NCBI GenBank assembly: GCA_041158605.1 | Contig: JBEBBB010000136.1 | Span: 1-28,344 of the forward strand | DNA from: Pseudomonadota bacterium | GTDB lineage: Bacteria > Pseudomonadota > Gammaproteobacteria > Burkholderiales > Burkholderiaceae_C | Reading direction: 5' to 3' | Length of the DNA: 28,344 bases | Part shown: positions 16,662 to 24,836 of the stretch, piece after piece | Position numbering within the stretch: the first letter of the stretch is position 1 | Layout: each line of letters starts with the position of its first letter | The notes under the pieces: model-generated | Told to the model about the DNA's origin: nothing | Databases searched by the model: none | The model's input: the letters and a program-made list of their open reading frames with translations, nothing else | Program-made: the position numbers and the translations under genes

Positions 16662-18275
16662 ATGTCCCAACACCCAGCCGACCTGGATCCCCCACCCCCT
16701 TTGGGCCTGCTGGCGCTCGCCCCGTTCCGGCACACCACCTTCACGTGGTTGTGGACCACCTGGCTGATGGCCAACATCAGCATGTGGATGAACGACGTGG
16801 CGGCCGCCTGGCTCATGACCTCGCTCACGGCCTCCCCGGTGTGGGTGGCCCTGGTGCAAACCGCGGCCACGCTGCCTGTGTTCCTGTTGGGCTTGCCCAG
16901 CGGCGCGTTGGCGGACACCCTGGACCGCCGGCGCTACTTTCTGACCACCCAATTGTGGGTGGCCGTGGTCGCTGCGTGTTTGTGCGCTGTGGTCTTGGCG
17001 GGGGTGATCACGCCCGGCCTGTTGTTGGCATTGGTGTTTGCCAACGGCATCGGTTTGGCCATGCGCTGGCCGGTGTTCTCCGCCATCGTGCCCGAGTTGG
17101 TGCCGCGCCACCAACTGCCCCAAGCCCTGGGGTTGAACGGGGTCTCCATGAACGCCTCGCGCATCATCGGGCCCCTGGCGGCCGGTGGCTTGATCGGCTG
17201 GGTCGGCAGCGCTTATGTGTTTGTGGTGAACGCGGTCCTGGCCTTGGCTGCTGCCTGCATCATCTGGCGCTGGCGCCGTGTGCAACCGCCCAACCCCCTG
17301 GGCCGCGAACCGTTTTGGAGCGCCATGCGTGTGGGGTGGCAATTTGTGGTCCAGTCCCAGCGGTTGCGGGTGGTCTACCTGCACGTGGGCCTGTTTTTTT
17401 TCCACTCCACCGCCCTGATGGCGTTGTTGCCCTTGCTGGCTTTGCGCATGGAAGGCGGCGGTGCCGGCACCTTCACCCTGCTGCTGGCCACCATGGGCAG
17501 CGGCGCCATCGTCGCGGTGTTGTGCCTGCCACGGCTGCGCGAAAACGTGTCCCGTGACCAGCTGGTGTTTTCAGGGGTGGCACTGCAATCCCTGTCCATG
17601 GCGGTGATGGCTTGGAGCCCCAGCGTCACATGGGCGGTCCCCGCCATGTTCCTGGCCGGTATGGCCTGGATCACCACGGCCAACTCCCTGAGCGTCTCAG
17701 CGCAGCTGGCGCTGCCCGACTGGGTTCGCGCCCGGGGCATGTCCATGTACCAAATGGCCATCATGGGGGGCAGCGCTCTTGGTGCCGCGCTGTGGGGCCA
17801 GGTGGCTCAGTGGACCAGTGTGCGGACCAGCGTGGCCGTTGCTGCAGCCTCGGGTTTGGCTGCGGTCTGGATCGCCCAACGGCTGGTCCAAGACCGCGGG
17901 CTGGTAGAAGACCTGACCCCCACCAAGTCCTTCAAATTGCCCATTGCCGACGCCCCGCCCGCCCACGGCCAGGTGATGGTCTGCATCGAATACCGCATCG
18001 ACCCAGCACGGGCCGATGACTTCAGGGCGCTCATGCAAGACAGCCGGCGCAGCCGCTTGCGCCAAGGGGCTCTGCACTGGGAGCTGCTGGAAGACCTGGG
18101 CAACCCTGGGCACTTTGTTGAGCAAGTGGTTGACGCCTCTTGGACCGAACACCTGCGCCGTTTTGACCGCGTGGGCGCGGCCGATGTCGCGCTGCGCGAC
18201 CGCAAGCTGGCCTTCCACAAAGGCGAGGAGCCCCCATTGGTGACCCGCTATCTGTTGGCCTCCACCGCCCGCTGA
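16662..18275 (+). CDS. MFS transporter (MFS_3/DUF894 type) with soluble C-terminal domain
   Basis: LPSGALADTLDRRR MFS motif A and about 12 TM helices, then an ~100 aa soluble domain (IEYRIDP..SRLRQGA..WTEHLRRFDR). Start at ATG 16662 after GGGGGA. Confidence 0.92.
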   Translation: MSQHPADLDPPPPLGLLALAPFRHTTFTWLWTTWLMANISMWMNDVAAAWLMTSLTASPVWVALVQTAATLPVFLLGLPSGALADTLDRRRYFLTTQLWVAVVAACLCAVVLAGVITPGLLLALVFANGIGLAMRWPVFSAIVPELVPRHQLPQALGLNGVSMNASRIIGPLAAGGLIGWVGSAYVFVVNAVLALAAACIIWRWRRVQPPNPLGREPFWSAMRVGWQFVVQSQRLRVVYLHVGLFFFHSTALMALLPLLALRMEGGGAGTFTLLLATMGSGAIVAVLCLPRLRENVSRDQLVFSGVALQSLSMAVMAWSPSVTWAVPAMFLAGMAWITTANSLSVSAQLALPDWVRARGMSMYQMAIMGGSALGAALWGQVAQWTSVRTSVAVAAASGLAAVWIAQRLVQDRGLVEDLTPTKSFKLPIADAPPAHGQVMVCIEYRIDPARADDFRALMQDSRRSRLRQGALHWELLEDLGNPGHFVEQVVDASWTEHLRRFDRVGAADVALRDRKLAFHKGEEPPLVTRYLLASTAR

Positions 18276-18285
18276 GCACCACGCC

Positions 18286-18504
18286 ATGGACACCCACGCC
18301 AACGACCAACGCCTCACCGACCTTGAGATCAAGGTGGCGTACGCCGACGACCTGCTGGACCAGCTCAACGCCCTGGTCTACCGCCAACAACTGGCCATAG
18401 ACCGGCTGCAAGCCCAGGTGGTGCAGCTTCACCAGCAGTTGCGCGACAACGGCGCAGGGGCGCCTCCGCGCAGCTTGCGCGACGAGTTACCCCCGCATTA
18501 CTGA
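18286..18504 (+). CDS. slyX: SlyX family protein
   Basis: RLTDLEIKVAYADDLLDQLNALVYRQQ coiled coil and terminal DELPPHY (E.PPHY signature). Confidence 0.93.
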   Translation: MDTHANDQRLTDLEIKVAYADDLLDQLNALVYRQQLAIDRLQAQVVQLHQQLRDNGAGAPPRSLRDELPPHY

Positions 18505-18506
18505 CC

Positions 18507-19820
18507 ATGACGACCGCATTGGGTCACACCGTTGCCGTGGTGGGCGCCGGCCCGGCCGGCCTCAAAGCCGCCGAGGTCTTGTCCTCTGCCGGGGTGCCGG
18601 TGCACCTGTACGACGCCATGCCGTCGGTGGGCCGCAAGTTTTTGTTGGCAGGCATAGGGGGACTCAACCTCACCCATGCAGAACCCCTGGACAGGTTTGT
18701 CACGCGGTACGGCGCGCGCAACACCGAGGTGGGCCGTTGGCTGGCCCTGTTGGGCCCCCAGGGGGTTCGGGACTGGGCGCACGGGTTGGGTATAGACACT
18801 TTTGTGGGCAGCTCCAACCGCGTGTTCCCCACCGACATGAAGGCGGCTCCACTGTTGCGGGCCTGGCTGCACCGCCTGCGCCAACCAACCGCTGGAGGCG
18901 CCCCCGTGTTGTTTCACATGCGCCACCGCTGGACTGGGGTGCTGGACACCGCCCCTGAAGGGTGGCGCCTGGAAACCGTGGGGCCACAAGGTCCGGTGGA
19001 ACAAACCCACCAAGCGGTGGTCCTGGCGCTGGGCGGGGCCAGCTGGCCCCGGCTGGGATCGGACGGCGCCTGGTGGGGGTGGTTGCAAGACCGGGGTCTG
19101 GCGCTGCGCCCCTTGCACCCCGCCAACTGTGGGTTTGACGCGTTGTCACCCCGGTTGCAACAGGTGGGCTGGAGCGCCCACCTGGCCGACCGGTTTGCCG
19201 GCCACCCCCTCAAGGCCACCACACTGTCGTTCGAAGACACATCCGGCCGGCGTTTTGCGCAAAAAGGGGAGTTGGTGCTCACCCAGACCGGCCTGGAAGG
19301 CAGCCTGGTCTACGCCGCTTCAGCCACCTTGCGCGACAGCCTGATCGAATTCGGGTCTGCCACGTTGCACCTGGACTTGAAACCCGACCACAGCCTGGCG
19401 CAGGTAGAAGCCTCGCTGGCGCAACCGCGTGGCAAAAAGAGCCTGGCCGCCCACTTGCACGGGCGGCTCAACCTCAAACCGGTCCATGTGGCCTTGCTGC
19501 GGGAGTTGTTGCCGGACGCCGCCTGGGCCGACAACCAAGCGCTCGCTGCGGGTATCAAACACCTGCCCATCACCCTGCACCAACCCCGCCCCATCGCCGA
19601 GGCCATCAGCACCGCTGGGGGGGTTGCGCTCGAAAGCATGACACCTGACCTGATGGTCAGTGGCCTGCCCGGGGTTTTTATGGCAGGCGAGATGTTGGAC
19701 TGGGAAGCCCCCACCGGCGGTTACCTGCTGACCGCTTGTTTGGCCAGCGGCCAAGTGGCCGGCGCAGGCGCGCTCAAGTGGTGGCAGGCGGCAACACACC
19801 CCAGCGCCGCAGGGCCCTGA
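18507..19820 (+). CDS. TIGR03862-type flavoprotein (HI0933/YhiN/BaiN superfamily)
   Basis: VVGAGPAGL, MPSVGRKFLLAGIGGLNLTH, GSSNRVFP, ALGGASWPRLGSDG, GELVLT..GLEG, AISTAGGV, AGEMLDWEAPTGGYLLTAC. Confidence 0.9.
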   Translation: MTTALGHTVAVVGAGPAGLKAAEVLSSAGVPVHLYDAMPSVGRKFLLAGIGGLNLTHAEPLDRFVTRYGARNTEVGRWLALLGPQGVRDWAHGLGIDTFVGSSNRVFPTDMKAAPLLRAWLHRLRQPTAGGAPVLFHMRHRWTGVLDTAPEGWRLETVGPQGPVEQTHQAVVLALGGASWPRLGSDGAWWGWLQDRGLALRPLHPANCGFDALSPRLQQVGWSAHLADRFAGHPLKATTLSFEDTSGRRFAQKGELVLTQTGLEGSLVYAASATLRDSLIEFGSATLHLDLKPDHSLAQVEASLAQPRGKKSLAAHLHGRLNLKPVHVALLRELLPDAAWADNQALAAGIKHLPITLHQPRPIAEAISTAGGVALESMTPDLMVSGLPGVFMAGEMLDWEAPTGGYLLTACLASGQVAGAGALKWWQAATHPSAAGP

Positions 19821-20178
19821 ACAACACGACCCCCAAAGCCACCCCCACGGCATCGGCCACCCAGTCGGCCACATCGCCTTGGCGCCACCCAACCACCGTC
19901 TGCGCCACCTCGATCGCAGCGCCCAGCAACAGCAACCCCAGCCACAGCCGCACCCACCGGCCCGGATAAGCCTGCAAACCGAGCACCGCGAGGGCCACAA
20001 ACGCCAAGGCGTGTTGGGCTTTGTCCCACATGCTGAAAGCCGATGGCGGCAGCGCTGTGGGCGGCGCCAAAGACAAGCCGCACACCACCAACACGCACAG
20101 CACAAAAGCGCAGCGCCACCACCAAATGCCCAGACGTCTCCACGGAAAAGGATTTGGAACAGTTCGCATGGGAGCCAT
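19774..20178 (-). CDS. VanZ-like family membrane protein
   Basis: LSLAP..WDKAQHALAF, GAAIEVAQ, RQGDVADWVADAVG signatures. Start is ATG 20178 or 20169; the track's 20394 extension is unsupported. Confidence 0.85.
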   Translation of the reverse strand: MAPMRTVPNPFPWRRLGIWWWRCAFVLCVLVVCGLSLAPPTALPPSAFSMWDKAQHALAFVALAVLGLQAYPGRWVRLWLGLLLLGAAIEVAQTVVGWRQGDVADWVADAVGVALGVVLFRALRRWGVLPPATT

Positions 20179-20212
20179 TGTCCACAAACACGCCCCATAA
20201 ACCTGTGGATAA
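20178..20212. promoter_or_regulatory. Pair of oppositely oriented DnaA boxes
   Basis: TTGTCCACA (20178-20186, one mismatch to TTATCCACA) and TGTGGATAA (20204-20212, perfect consensus on the minus strand), 17 bp apart. Confidence 0.6.
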
Positions 20213-20239
20213 GCCCCACACAACCCCGAACAACCACCG

Positions 20240-20252
20240 CAAGTGCTTGTCA
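20240..20252 (-). promoter_or_regulatory. IHF-like site
   Basis: CAAGTGCTTGTCA matches YAANNNNTTGATW (reverse complement of WATCAANNNNTTR) with two mismatches. Confidence 0.35.
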
Positions 20253-20341
20253 ACGCAGGGCCCCCACACGCAGCGGGGTGGGTTGCCTGTTTTCGCAGCA
20301 GGCACAATCTCGGTTTTGGACCTTTCCGAGCAGAACAAAAC

Positions 20342-20935
20342 ATGGACGTGTTGGTATGGGCAGCCATCGCCGGTGGCATATGGCATTGGGTCATTCAAAG
20401 GCAACAGCAAGCGCGCATCCGCCTCCTGGCTGGGCACATCACACCTTTGCAGATCGACAAACTGATGCAAGAGTTGATGGAGGGTCACCACCGCGCACTG
20501 GGGGAAAGGGACAACCAACGGGCTGAACAGGTCTGGACACTGCTGGGGCAAAAAGCGTTGGCTTTGTGCGAGCAGTTTGACCGGTTTGCGGAGGCCTTTG
20601 CCCGCACCCCCGCTGAACGGTGCCGGGTGCAGCGCTGGTCTGTACCCGTGCCTTACGCGGAAAACTGGGCACCCACTTTTGACGCCCGCAAACTGTTCCA
20701 GTTGCACGCCCAAGGCCTGCGGGCAGCGGCGGCTGGTCGCACCTATGGCAAAAACGACGCGTACACATTGACCGCCGAAATGCTGCTGATGCAACACAGC
20801 TGCCATTGGTATTGCCGTTCACACACCCGTGCGTCCGCCCGGTTGGTAGCGCAGCACCAGACGGCCTACGCACAGGTGTTGGCCAGCGTGACCCCTGCAA
20901 CCCGCGAGGCCTACCGACAACTCACAGGCCGCTGA
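20342..20935 (+). CDS. Conserved hypothetical protein, N-terminal hydrophobic anchor, HxCHWxC motif
   Basis: MDVLVWAAIAGGIWHW..QIDKLMQELMEG..ELLLMQHSCHWYCRS-type segment (AEMLLMQHSCHWYCRS)..YAQVLASVTPATREAY. Typical codon pattern. ATG 20342 preferred over the track's 20243. Confidence 0.75.
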   Translation: MDVLVWAAIAGGIWHWVIQRQQQARIRLLAGHITPLQIDKLMQELMEGHHRALGERDNQRAEQVWTLLGQKALALCEQFDRFAEAFARTPAERCRVQRWSVPVPYAENWAPTFDARKLFQLHAQGLRAAAAGRTYGKNDAYTLTAEMLLMQHSCHWYCRSHTRASARLVAQHQTAYAQVLASVTPATREAYRQLTGR

Positions 20936-21028
20936 TACCGCGCCCTGTGGCTGTCGCGCACGCGCCGCCGCAACCAGGGCGGCTGTGCATACACTGGGGT
21001 CTTCCACCTCAAACAAAGGAGACGCCCC

Positions 21029-22045
21029 ATGAACCACCCTCCCCAAACGGGCCGCCGCGCCGCCCTGGTCTGGACGCTTTTGGGCTGTGCAGCGCTCGGC
21101 ACTTGGGGTGCCGCCGCGCACGCCCAACCCGCTTGGCCCAACAAGCCCATCCGCATCGTGGTGCCCTTCGCCCCCGGGGGCACCACAGACATCCTGGCGC
21201 GGGCCATGGCACCCGAACTCACCCGTTTGTTGGGCCAACCCGTGGTGGTGGACAACCGGGCCGGGGCCGGTGGCAACATTGGCGCAGAAGTGGTGGCCAA
21301 ATCCCCTGCGGATGGTTACACCTTGCTCATGGGCACTGTGGGCACACACGGGATCAACAAAGCGCTGTACGCCAAACTGCCTTACGACCCGCAGAAAGAC
21401 TTCGCCCCCATCACCTTGGTGGCAGGGGTGCCCAACGTGATGGTCATGAACGCAGAAAAAGCCAAGTCTTTGGGGCTGCAAACGGTCAACGACTTTGTCC
21501 GCCACGCCAAAGCCAACCCCGGCCGGCTCAGCATGGCCAGCAGCGGCAACGGCACCTCCATCCACCTGGCGGGGGAGTTGTTCAAAGCCAAAACCGGCAT
21601 CTTCATGACCCACATCCCCTACCGCGGGTCTGGCCCGGCCCTGGTCGATATGTTGTCTGGGACCATGGACGTGATGTTTGACAACCTGCCCTCTGCCATG
21701 CCACACATCCAGTCGGGCCGGCTCAAGGCTTTTGCGGTCACCAGCGCCCAACGCTCCGCGGTGCTGCCCGACACCCCCACTGTGGCCGAGGCCGCCAAGC
21801 TAACCGACTTCGAAGCCAGCTCCTGGTTTGGCCTGTTGGCCCCCGCCGGCACACCAGCCGAGGTGGTACAGCGCCTGCACCAGGAAGCGGTCAAAGCCCT
21901 CAACCAACCCGATGTGCGGCAACGCCTGCAGTCCCAGGGCGCCATACCGGGCGGCAACACACCCGAGCAATTCGCCAAACTCATCGAGGCTGAAATCACC
22001 AAGTGGGCCGCTGTGGTCAAAACGTCGGGGGCCCGGGTCGACTGA
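21029..22045 (+). CDS. Bug/TctC family tripartite tricarboxylate transporter substrate-binding protein
   Basis: [70 protein letters not shown]. Confidence 0.96.
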   Translation: MNHPPQTGRRAALVWTLLGCAALGTWGAAAHAQPAWPNKPIRIVVPFAPGGTTDILARAMAPELTRLLGQPVVVDNRAGAGGNIGAEVVAKSPADGYTLLMGTVGTHGINKALYAKLPYDPQKDFAPITLVAGVPNVMVMNAEKAKSLGLQTVNDFVRHAKANPGRLSMASSGNGTSIHLAGELFKAKTGIFMTHIPYRGSGPALVDMLSGTMDVMFDNLPSAMPHIQSGRLKAFAVTSAQRSAVLPDTPTVAEAAKLTDFEASSWFGLLAPAGTPAEVVQRLHQEAVKALNQPDVRQRLQSQGAIPGGNTPEQFAKLIEAEITKWAAVVKTSGARVD

Positions 22046-22060
22046 CCCACGCTCCGCGGG

Positions 22061-22384
22061 TCAAACGCCCCAGACCAAGTCGGCGTTCTCCCGCTGGCAA
22101 CGGCCCAGGGCTTCCAGAAACGGCACCAGGCGGGCGCGCCACATCACCTGGGGAAGAGGTGGCGGGGACTCCCCGCGGGCCTCGGCGTCGGCCACCCGCT
22201 GGGCCCAAGCCGTGGTGTCGGCATCACCATCGGCCTGCAAGGCCGCGACGGCAGTGGGCATGTCAGCCGCCAGCAGCACCCCCGGTCGGTCCGGGTCTTT
22301 ACCCAAAACAGCCAACAGGCGCCGCCCTTGGGGTTCCAACATCACCACATCGGCTATCGCCCTGCTTTTGAACCGGTACAACAC
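22061..22384 (-). CDS. DUF1840 family protein
   Basis: LYRFKSRAIADVVML..LLAVLGK..RARLVPFLEAL..ADLVWGV. GTG 22384 preceded by AGGAGG. Confidence 0.8.
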   Translation of the reverse strand: MLYRFKSRAIADVVMLEPQGRRLLAVLGKDPDRPGVLLAADMPTAVAALQADGDADTTAWAQRVADAEARGESPPPLPQVMWRARLVPFLEALGRCQRENADLVWGV

Positions 22385-22467
22385 CGCTGCCCCTCCTGTC
22401 GGCAAATCGCTTGCACAAACACCACACCAGGGTAAACCCCCTGTATCCAACCACACCCAACGCCCAC

Positions 22468-22491
22468 AATTGCTTTAAACCTAAAGCAATT
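22468..22491. promoter_or_regulatory. Perfect palindrome AATTGCTTTA-AACC-TAAAGCAATT, probable MarR operator of the abm operon
   Basis: 10-bp arms at 22468-22477 and 22482-22491, ending 4 nt before the ATG at 22496 and overlapping a CACAAT -10-like hexamer (22465-22470). Confidence 0.7.
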
Positions 22492-22495
22492 CACC

Positions 22496-24835
22496 ATGAA
22501 CATCCTGTGCATAGGCGGTGGGCCGGCGGGCCTGTATTTTGGCCTGTTGATGAAGCAGCGGCAACCCAACGACAGGGTGGTGGTGGTGGAGCGCAACCGG
22601 CCCTACGACACTTTTGGCTGGGGGGTGGTGTTGTCCGATGCGACACTGGACAACCTCCGCCGGGCAGACCCGGTGACGGGTGCCCAGATTGGGGATGCGT
22701 TCAACCATTGGGACGACATCGAGGTGTTTTACAAAGGCCGTTCGGTGCGCTCCACTGGCCACGGCTTTTGCGGCATCGGTCGCAAGCACCTGCTCAATCT
22801 GCTGCAAGACCGGTGCGCGGCCCTGGGGGTGGAGTTGGTGTTTGACACCGAAGTGACCGACGACCAGGCCCTGGCGACGCAGTATCAGGCGGACCTGGTG
22901 GTGGCCAGCGACGGCCTCAACAGCCGCATACGCACCCGTTACGCGGCAGCGTTTCAGCCCGACATCGACACCCGGCATTGCCGCTTTGTCTGGCTGGGCA
23001 CCCACCAAACCTTCGACGCTTTCACCTTTGCGTTTGAGCAGACCGAACACGGCTGGTTCCAGGCCCACGCCTACCAATTCGCCCCCGGTGTGTCCACCTT
23101 CATCGTCGAAACCCCCGAAGCGGTGTGGCAGGCCCACGGGCTTGACCGCATGGAACAGCCCGAAGCCATCGCTTTCTGCGAGCGCCTGTTTGCGCGTTAC
23201 CTGGGCGGGCACCCGCTGATGAGCAACGCCACCCACCTGCGCGGATCGGCCAACTGGATCCGCTTTCCCCGGGTGATTTGTCAGCAGTGGGTGCACCACA
23301 ACACCCTGCCCGACGGGCGGCGTGTGCCCGTGGTGTTGATGGGCGATGCCGCCCACACGGCCCACTTCTCCATTGGCAGTGGCACCAAACTCGCCTTGGA
23401 AGACGCAATCGACCTGCGCGAGGCGTTTGACGAGGCCGTCGACATGGACACGGTTCTGGAGCGCTACCAGGCCCGCCGCAGCGTCGAGGTCTTGAAAATC
23501 CAAAACGCGGCGCGCAACTCCACCGAATGGTTCGAGCACGTGGACCGTTACACGGGCATGGACATCGAGCAGTTCACCTACAGCCTGCTCACCCGCAGCC
23601 AACGCATCAGCCACGAAAACCTCCGCCTGCGCGACACGCGTTGGCTGGAAGGCTACGAGCGCTGGTTGGGCGCCCAAAGCGGTGTCCATGCCACACCCCC
23701 CGCCCCACCCACACCACCCATGCTTCTGCCCTTGCAAGTGCGCGGGGTCACACTGCGCAACCGTGTGGTGGTCTCCCCCATGGCCACCTACAGTGCGGTC
23801 GACGGTGTGTTGCAAGACTTCCACCTGGTGCACCTGGGCGCGCGCGCCATGGGGGGTGCCGGTTTGGTCATGGTTGAAATGACCAGCCCCACACCCGAGG
23901 GGCGTATCACCCCCGGGTGCCCGGGGTTGTGGAATGCCGAACAAACCGCGGCCTTCCGCCGTGTGGTGTCTTTTGTCCACGAACACAGCAGCGCCCGCAT
24001 CGGCCTGCAACTGGGCCACAGCGGCCCCAAAGGCTCCACACAGGTGGGCTGGGCAGGCACCGACGAACCCCTGCCGGCGGCCCGGCCCGATGCCCCACCT
24101 AACTGGCCCCTGCTGGCCGCCAGCGCGGTGCCTTACGGCCCTCAGAATCAGGTGCCCCAGGCCATGACCGACACCGACATGGCCCACACCTTGAACGCCT
24201 TTGTGGCCGCCACCCACCGGGCCGCCGAAGCGGGTTTCGATTGGCTGGAGCTGCACGCCGCCCACGGCTACCTGCTGTCCAGCTTTTTGTGCCCTTTGAC
24301 CAACCAACGCACCGATGCCTATGGTGGCAGCCTGGACAACCGCTGCCGCTATCCCCTGGCGGTGTTCCGCGCGGTGCGCGAGGCATGGCCTGCCGACAAA
24401 CCGTTGGGGGTGCGCATCTCGGCACACGACTGGGCACCGGGTGGCAACACCCCCGACGACGCCGTGGCCATGGCACGCCTGTTCAAGGCCGCAGGCTGCG
24501 ATTTCATCGACGTGTCCTCGGGTCAAACCACCCGGGATGCCCGACCGGTGTACGGCCGCATGTACCAAACACCCTTTGCGGACCGGGTCCGCAACGAGGT
24601 GGGCATCCTCACCATGGCGGTGGGGGCGATCTCCGAAGCGGACCACGCCAACAGCATCATCGCGGCGGGCCGGGCCGACCTGTGCGCCATCGCCCGCCCC
24701 CACCTGGCCGACCCCGCCTGGACCCTGCACCAAGCGGCCCAACTGCAAAGCCGTGCGGTGGACTGGCCCTTGCCTTACCTCAGCGGCCGCGACCAGCTCT
24801 ACCGCGAGCGGGCCCGCCTAACCCCTGGGACCTGA
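22496..24835 (+). CDS. abmA: 2-aminobenzoyl-CoA monooxygenase/reductase (bifunctional salicylyl-CoA 5-hydroxylase/oxidoreductase family)
   Basis: N-terminal flavin monooxygenase ([28 protein letters not shown]) fused to an Old-Yellow-Enzyme domain (SPMATY, GGAGLV, HAAHGYL, R.D.YGGSL.NR). 779 aa. Flanked by MarR, crotonase, ACAD and CoA ligase as in the Azoarcus evansii abm cluster. Confidence 0.85.
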   Translation: MNILCIGGGPAGLYFGLLMKQRQPNDRVVVVERNRPYDTFGWGVVLSDATLDNLRRADPVTGAQIGDAFNHWDDIEVFYKGRSVRSTGHGFCGIGRKHLLNLLQDRCAALGVELVFDTEVTDDQALATQYQADLVVASDGLNSRIRTRYAAAFQPDIDTRHCRFVWLGTHQTFDAFTFAFEQTEHGWFQAHAYQFAPGVSTFIVETPEAVWQAHGLDRMEQPEAIAFCERLFARYLGGHPLMSNATHLRGSANWIRFPRVICQQWVHHNTLPDGRRVPVVLMGDAAHTAHFSIGSGTKLALEDAIDLREAFDEAVDMDTVLERYQARRSVEVLKIQNAARNSTEWFEHVDRYTGMDIEQFTYSLLTRSQRISHENLRLRDTRWLEGYERWLGAQSGVHATPPAPPTPPMLLPLQVRGVTLRNRVVVSPMATYSAVDGVLQDFHLVHLGARAMGGAGLVMVEMTSPTPEGRITPGCPGLWNAEQTAAFRRVVSFVHEHSSARIGLQLGHSGPKGSTQVGWAGTDEPLPAARPDAPPNWPLLAASAVPYGPQNQVPQAMTDTDMAHTLNAFVAATHRAAEAGFDWLELHAAHGYLLSSFLCPLTNQRTDAYGGSLDNRCRYPLAVFRAVREAWPADKPLGVRISAHDWAPGGNTPDDAVAMARLFKAAGCDFIDVSSGQTTRDARPVYGRMYQTPFADRVRNEVGILTMAVGAISEADHANSIIAAGRADLCAIARPHLADPAWTLHQAAQLQSRAVDWPLPYLSGRDQLYRERARLTPGT

Positions 24836-24836
24836 C

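Noticed and set aside
15860-17557. 565-aa + strand ORF overlapping marC and the MFS gene
   Set aside because: Alternative-frame read through two real genes; Arg/Gly/Pro/His-rich and motif-free. marC and MFS are each complete in their own frames.
20284-20304. TGCCTG-N9-CAGGCA inverted repeat upstream of the hypothetical gene
   Set aside because: A 6-bp GC-rich arm is common by chance in this genome and has no independent support.
20161-20341. oriC
   Set aside because: Only two good DnaA boxes, no AT-rich unwinding element, no origin-linked genes and no apparent skew inversion; kept only as a datA/DARS-like candidate.
19821-22466. C/A-rich tracts (e.g. caaccccgaacaaccacc, ccaaccacacccaacgccc) resembling repeats
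   Set aside because: No fixed unit or spacing; explained by strand skew and by antisense of Val/Gly/Leu/Trp-rich codons. Not CRISPR or REP.
22481-24748. 755-aa antisense ORF opposite abmA, and similar long shadow ORFs (2904-4121, 4667-6277, 9755-11128, 13718-15418, 16221-17405)
   Set aside because: Each is antisense to a well-supported gene with no recognisable motif; long stop-free antisense frames are expected from high-GC codon bias.
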